32,265 bases of DNA, from the IMG/VR virus record IMGVR_UViG_2651869694_000010. The stretch is one strand, 5' to 3'. The DNA comes from a virus (Duplodnaviria; Heunggongvirae; Uroviricota; Caudoviricetes). The notes under the pieces were generated by a model, which was not told where the DNA came from, did not search any database, and saw only the letters and a list, made by a program, of their open reading frames with translations. This document shows, one piece after another, positions 28,051 through 32,265 of the stretch (the first letter of the stretch is position 1; each line of letters opens with the position of its first letter). Made by a program: the position numbers and the translations under genes.

Positions 28051-31000
28051 ATGGCAGTAAAAATTTCAGGTGTACTGAAAGACGGCACAGGAAAACCGGT
28101 ACAGAACTGCACAATCCAGCTGAAAGCAAAACGTAACAGCACCACGGTGGTGGTGAACACGCTGGCCTCAGAAAATCCGGATGAAGCCGGGCGTTACAGC
28201 ATGGACGTTGAGTACGGGCAGTACAGCGTTATTCTGTTGGTGGAGGGATTCCCGCCGTCACATGCCGGGACCATCACCGTGTATGAAGATTCCCGACCCG
28301 GTACGCTGAATGATTTTCTCGGTGCCATGACGGAGGATGATGCCCGTCCTGAGGCACTGCGCCGTTTTGAACTGATGGTGGAAGAGGTGGCGCGTAACGC
28401 GTCCGCGGTGGCACAGAACACGGCAGCCGCGAAGAAGTCAGCCAGCGATGCCAGCACATCAGCCCGTGAGGCGGCAACCCATGCGACTGATGCTGCAGGC
28501 TCAGCACGCGCAGCCAGCACGTCAGCCGGACAGGCCGCGTCGTCGGCTCAGTCAGCATCTTCCAGCGCAGGAACGGCATCAACAAAGGCCAGTGAAGCAT
28601 CGAAAAGTGCTGCTGCTGCAGAGTCCTCAAAAAGCGCGGCAGCTACCAGTGCTGGTGCGGCGAAAACGTCAGAAACGAATGCGGCAGCGTCACAACAATC
28701 AGCAGCCACTTCTGCATCCGCCGCGACCACGAAGGCGTCAGAAGCAGCCACCTCAGCCCGGGATGCGGCGGCCTCAAAAGAGGCAGCGAAATCATCAGAA
28801 ACGAACGCATCATCAAGCGCCAGTAGTGCCGCTTCCTCGGCAACGGCGGCAGGCAATTCCGCGAAGGCGGCAAAGACGTCTGAGACAAACGCCAGGTCTT
28901 CTGAAACGGCAGCGGGACAGAGCGCCTCGGCTGCGGCAGGCTCAAAAACAGCGGCTGCGTCGTCTGCCAGTGCCGCGTCAACAAGTGCCGGGCAGGCCTC
29001 AGCCAGTGCCACCGCTGCCGGAAAATCGGCAGAAAGCGCCGCATCATCCGCTTCAACAGCCACAACGAAGGCTGGCGAAGCCACTGAGCAAGCCACTGCA
29101 GCAGCGAGGTCAGCTTCCGCAGCGAAGACATCCGAAACGAACGCGAAAGCGTCGGAAACCAGCGCAGAATCCTCAAAAACGGCTGCCGCATCGTCAGCCA
29201 GTTCGGCGTCGTCATCGGCCTCATCGGCGTCTGCTTCAAAAGATGAGGCGACCAGACAAGCGTCAGTAGCGAAGGGCAGCGCCACGACGGCATCCACGAA
29301 GGCAACAGAGGCTGCTGGCAGTGCGACGGCAGCAGCTCAGAGCAAAAGTACGGCGGAATCTGCAGCAACGCGCGCTGAGACAGCAGCTAAACGGGCAGAG
29401 GATATTGCATCCGCCGTGGCGCTTGAGGATGCAAGTACGACGAAAAAGGGGATAGTACAGCTCAGCAGTGCGACCAACAGTACGTCTGAAACGCTGGCGG
29501 CAACGCCAAAGGCAGTAAAAGCAGCCTATGACAATGCAGAGAAATGTCTGCAGAAAGACCAGAACGGTGCTGATATTCCCGACAAGGGCCGCTTCCTGAG
29601 TAACATTAATGTTTACAACAAAGGTGAAGTGGATCAGAAAAAGGGGATGCGATACGTTGTGGTAAATGCCCCGGCGGGTGTCCAGGAAGGTAAATATTAT
29701 CCGTTAGTGATAAAAAGGAATGACAGCCATCGGGCATCCCGCGTTGTCATTTCAACGCCAAGTCGCACAGCTAATCACAGAATGAATAACTGTGAGTTTA
29801 ATGGTTTTGTTTGCGCAGGCGGCTTGACGGACCGGGGTAGCTATGCCTGTGGTATGTTCTGGGCTTATTCATCATCGGAACGCGCTATTCATTCCATTCT
29901 GATGAGTAATAAAGGCGATACCGTAGACAGCGTATTCTATATAGAAGGTGGGGCATTCCCCGTAGAGGTTTTTTTAGAAGAAGGACTCTTCGTTACTGCA
30001 CCTGCTTCTGATTATGTTGTTGCTGAAACAACTTATAAATTTGGCGCAACTGATCCTTATTCTGAATCAGTTGCGGTAAATTTAATTTTAGATTTTAAAC
30101 AAGGTAATGGATTTTATAGTTCGTATCCTGTTTTGAGTAAGTCAGATATTAGCGGGAATAAGATTTACGCTAATGATGAAGTTATTGTCCGTAGTCAGAA
30201 CGCGTTAAGGATGATTGCAGGCGATTACGGTGTCATATGGCGAAATGATGGAGCAAACACTTACTTGCTCATGACTGATAAAGGCGACCAGTACGGTGGC
30301 TGGAACGGTCTTCGACCATTTGCAGTAAATAACGCAACAGGTGAAGTGACGATCAATACACCACTTAATTCTCCTAAGGGGATTAAGGGAAATTCTGATA
30401 CAGCTACGAAACTTCAGACAGCAATAAAAATATCTGGTGTTTCGTTTGATGGTTCTACTGATATCACTTTAACCGCTGCGCATGTTGCTGCTTTTGCCAG
30501 AAGAGCAACGGATACGTATGCCGATGCGGATGGGGGCGTTCCCTGGAATGCCGAATCAGGCGCTTACAATGTCACTCGCTCTGGCGACAGCTATATTCTG
30601 GTTAACTTCTATACCGGAGTCGGAAGTTGCCGGACCCTGCAGATGAAGGCGCATTACAGAAATGGTGGTCTGTTCTACCGTTCTTCAAGAGACGGTTATG
30701 GTTTTGAGGAAGACTGGGCAGAAGTTTATACCTCGAAAAATCTTCCACCAGAAAGCTACCCAGTCGGCGCACCAATCCCGTGGCCATCAGATACCGTTCC
30801 GTCTGGCTATGCCCTGATGCAGGGGCAGGCTTTTAACAAATCTGCATACCCGAAACTTGCAGTTGCTTATCCGTCAGGCGTGATCCCTGATATGCGTGGC
30901 TGGACGATTAAGGGCAAGCCCGCCAGTGGTCGTGCCGTATTGTCTCAGGAACAGGATGGCATTAAATCGCATACCCACAGCGCCAGCGCATCCAGTACGG

Positions 31001-31449
31001 ATTTGGGGACGAAAACCACATCATCTTTTGATTACGGCACTAAATCCACGAATAACACTGGTGCACATACCCATAGTATTAGCGGGACAGCAAATAGTGC
31101 CGGTGCGCACCAACACAAGAGTTCCGGTGCATTTGGTGGCACGAACACGAGCATTTTTCCTAATGGTTATACTGCGATTTCAAATCTAAGCGCGGGGATT
31201 ATGAGCACAACAAGCGGTACTGGCCAGACTCGTAATGCAGGGAAGACATCATCAGATGGTGCTCATACCCACTCACTGTCCGGCACTGCTGCAAGCGCAG
31301 GTGCACACGCACATACTGTCGGTATTGGTGCTCATACGCACTCCGTTGCGATTGGCTCACATGGACACACCATCACCGTTAACGCTGCTGGTAACGCGGA
31401 AAACACCGTCAAAAACATCGCATTTAACTATATTGTGAGGCTTGCATAA
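28051..31449 (+). CDS. stf: side tail fibre protein Stf (mosaic)
   Basis: ATG at 28051 after GGGGTGA; N-terminus [30 protein letters not shown] and C-terminus ...[22 protein letters not shown] match lambda Stf as I recall it; the central section is different. Confidence 0.9.
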   Translation: MAVKISGVLKDGTGKPVQNCTIQLKAKRNSTTVVVNTLASENPDEAGRYSMDVEYGQYSVILLVEGFPPSHAGTITVYEDSRPGTLNDFLGAMTEDDARPEALRRFELMVEEVARNASAVAQNTAAAKKSASDASTSAREAATHATDAAGSARAASTSAGQAASSAQSASSSAGTASTKASEASKSAAAAESSKSAAATSAGAAKTSETNAAASQQSAATSASAATTKASEAATSARDAAASKEAAKSSETNASSSASSAASSATAAGNSAKAAKTSETNARSSETAAGQSASAAAGSKTAAASSASAASTSAGQASASATAAGKSAESAASSASTATTKAGEATEQATAAARSASAAKTSETNAKASETSAESSKTAAASSASSASSSASSASASKDEATRQASVAKGSATTASTKATEAAGSATAAAQSKSTAESAATRAETAAKRAEDIASAVALEDASTTKKGIVQLSSATNSTSETLAATPKAVKAAYDNAEKCLQKDQNGADIPDKGRFLSNINVYNKGEVDQKKGMRYVVVNAPAGVQEGKYYPLVIKRNDSHRASRVVISTPSRTANHRMNNCEFNGFVCAGGLTDRGSYACGMFWAYSSSERAIHSILMSNKGDTVDSVFYIEGGAFPVEVFLEEGLFVTAPASDYVVAETTYKFGATDPYSESVAVNLILDFKQGNGFYSSYPVLSKSDISGNKIYANDEVIVRSQNALRMIAGDYGVIWRNDGANTYLLMTDKGDQYGGWNGLRPFAVNNATGEVTINTPLNSPKGIKGNSDTATKLQTAIKISGVSFDGSTDITLTAAHVAAFARRATDTYADADGGVPWNAESGAYNVTRSGDSYILVNFYTGVGSCRTLQMKAHYRNGGLFYRSSRDGYGFEEDWAEVYTSKNLPPESYPVGAPIPWPSDTVPSGYALMQGQAFNKSAYPKLAVAYPSGVIPDMRGWTIKGKPASGRAVLSQEQDGIKSHTHSASASSTDLGTKTTSSFDYGTKSTNNTGAHTHSISGTANSAGAHQHKSSGAFGGTNTSIFPNGYTAISNLSAGIMSTTSGTGQTRNAGKTSSDGAHTHSLSGTAASAGAHAHTVGIGAHTHSVAIGSHGHTITVNAAGNAENTVKNIAFNYIVRLA
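28400..29450 (+). repeat. Ala/Ser/Thr-rich degenerate repeat tract within stf
   Basis: Recurring KTSETNA / SASAA / TKASEA units; GC-rich codon bias leaves all three frames on both strands open here, which explains the overlapping Pro/Arg-rich and Ala/Asp-rich ORFs in the six-frame track. Confidence 0.6.
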
Positions 31450-32021
31450 TGGCATTCAGAATGAGTGAACAACCACGGACCATAAAAATTTATAATCTGC
31501 TGGCCGGAACTAATGAATTTATTGGTGAAGGTGATGCATATATTCCGCCTCATACAGGTCTGCCAGCAAACAGTACCGATATTGCACCGCCAGATATTCC
31601 GGCTGGCTTCGTGGCTGTTTTCAACAGTGATGAGTCATCGTGGCATCTCGTTGAAGATCATCGGGGTAAAACGGTTTATGACGTGGCTTCCGGCGATGCG
31701 TTATTTATTTCTGAACTCGGTCCGTTACCGGAAAATGTTACCTGGTTATCGCCGGAAGGGGAGTTTCAGAAGTGGAACGGCACAGCCTGGGTGAAGGATA
31801 CGGAAGCAGAAAAACTCTTCCGGATTCGGGAGGCGGAAGAGAAAAAGACAAGATTAATCCAGGAAGCGACTGATAACATAACAATTCTGCAGGATGCTGT
31901 TAATTTTGAAATGGCAACTGATGAGGAGGTCTCGATGCTATCTTCCTGGAAAAAATACCGGGTATTAGTGAGTCGGATTGATATAAATACAGCCCCGGAT
32001 ATCGTATGGCCTGAGCTGTGA
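31449..32021 (+). CDS. tfa: tail fibre assembly protein Tfa
   Basis: [58 protein letters not shown] matches lambda Tfa as I recall it; start overlaps the stf stop. Confidence 0.9.
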   Translation: MAFRMSEQPRTIKIYNLLAGTNEFIGEGDAYIPPHTGLPANSTDIAPPDIPAGFVAVFNSDESSWHLVEDHRGKTVYDVASGDALFISELGPLPENVTWLSPEGEFQKWNGTAWVKDTEAEKLFRIREAEEKKTRLIQEATDNITILQDAVNFEMATDEEVSMLSSWKKYRVLVSRIDINTAPDIVWPEL

Positions 32022-32031
32022 TTAAACGGAA

Positions 32032-32265
32032 TTATGTGTGAGATGAATTATAAATAATTTCAGAGTGAAATTTGGTAATGAATGTGGAGTCATCAGGAAT
32101 GTCATGCAGTACCAATGCATGAGCTCCTATTTTTACATTATTCCCTATATGCACTTTGCCACCAAGGATGGTGGCGTTACAGCCAATGGTTACATTATTT
32201 CCTATGACAATATCCATATCATTAAATTCACCGCGAAGTCCAATAGTTACCCCAGGCTTAATTGA
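32032..32265 (-). CDS. hexapeptide-repeat (left-handed beta-helix) acyl/acetyltransferase-like protein, C-terminal fragment
   Basis: Minus-strand frame is open to the window edge. ...VTIGLRGEFNDMDIVIGNNVTIGCNATILGGKVHIGNNVKIGAHALVLHDIP shows the [LIV]-G-x4 hexapeptide periodicity. The region is AT-rich compared with the adjacent tail genes. Confidence 0.45.
   Translation of the reverse strand, partial: SIKPGVTIGLRGEFNDMDIVIGNNVTIGCNATILGGKVHIGNNVKIGAHALVLHDIPDDSTFITKFHSEIIYNSSHT

Noticed and set aside
28448-29368. Overlapping ORFs on both strands within stf (Pro/Arg/Gln-rich and Ala/Asp-rich translations)
   Set aside because: They coincide with the Ala/Ser-rich repeat tract of Stf, where GCN-rich codons leave alternative frames open; the translations are low-complexity artefacts.
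32065-32265. Plus-strand ORF at the right edge
   Set aside because: The minus-strand frame over the same bases shows clear hexapeptide-repeat periodicity, whereas the plus-strand translation has no recognisable features.

Overview
This window reads as the late region of a lambdoid enterobacterial prophage, most likely from Escherichia coli, with almost all genes on the + strand. Identifications rest on reading the six-frame translations against remembered protein families; no database search was run. The left ~8.9 kb is AT-rich and holds a truncated KilA-N-like gene, a DUF968/YdfU-like gene, antiterminator Q with a candidate late promoter and terminator, and a phage-21/Qin-type lysis cassette (pinholin, SAR endolysin, Rz with embedded Rz1). 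Cold-shock paralogs (CspF-, CspB-, CspI-like) and small accessory genes are interspersed. After a cos-like site, a GC-rich lambda-like virion module follows: terminase small and large subunits, W, portal, a protease-scaffold-capsid fusion, head completion genes, Z, U, V, G/G-T, H, M, L, K, I, J, Lom, Stf and Tfa. A hexapeptide-repeat gene fragment runs off the right edge on the - strand. I did not find a clearly recognisable novel multi-gene system. The best candidates for undescribed function are a two-gene convergent insert inside the lysis cassette, the small-ORF cluster between Rz and cos, a frameshifted gnsB-like gene, and the mosaic tail fibre.
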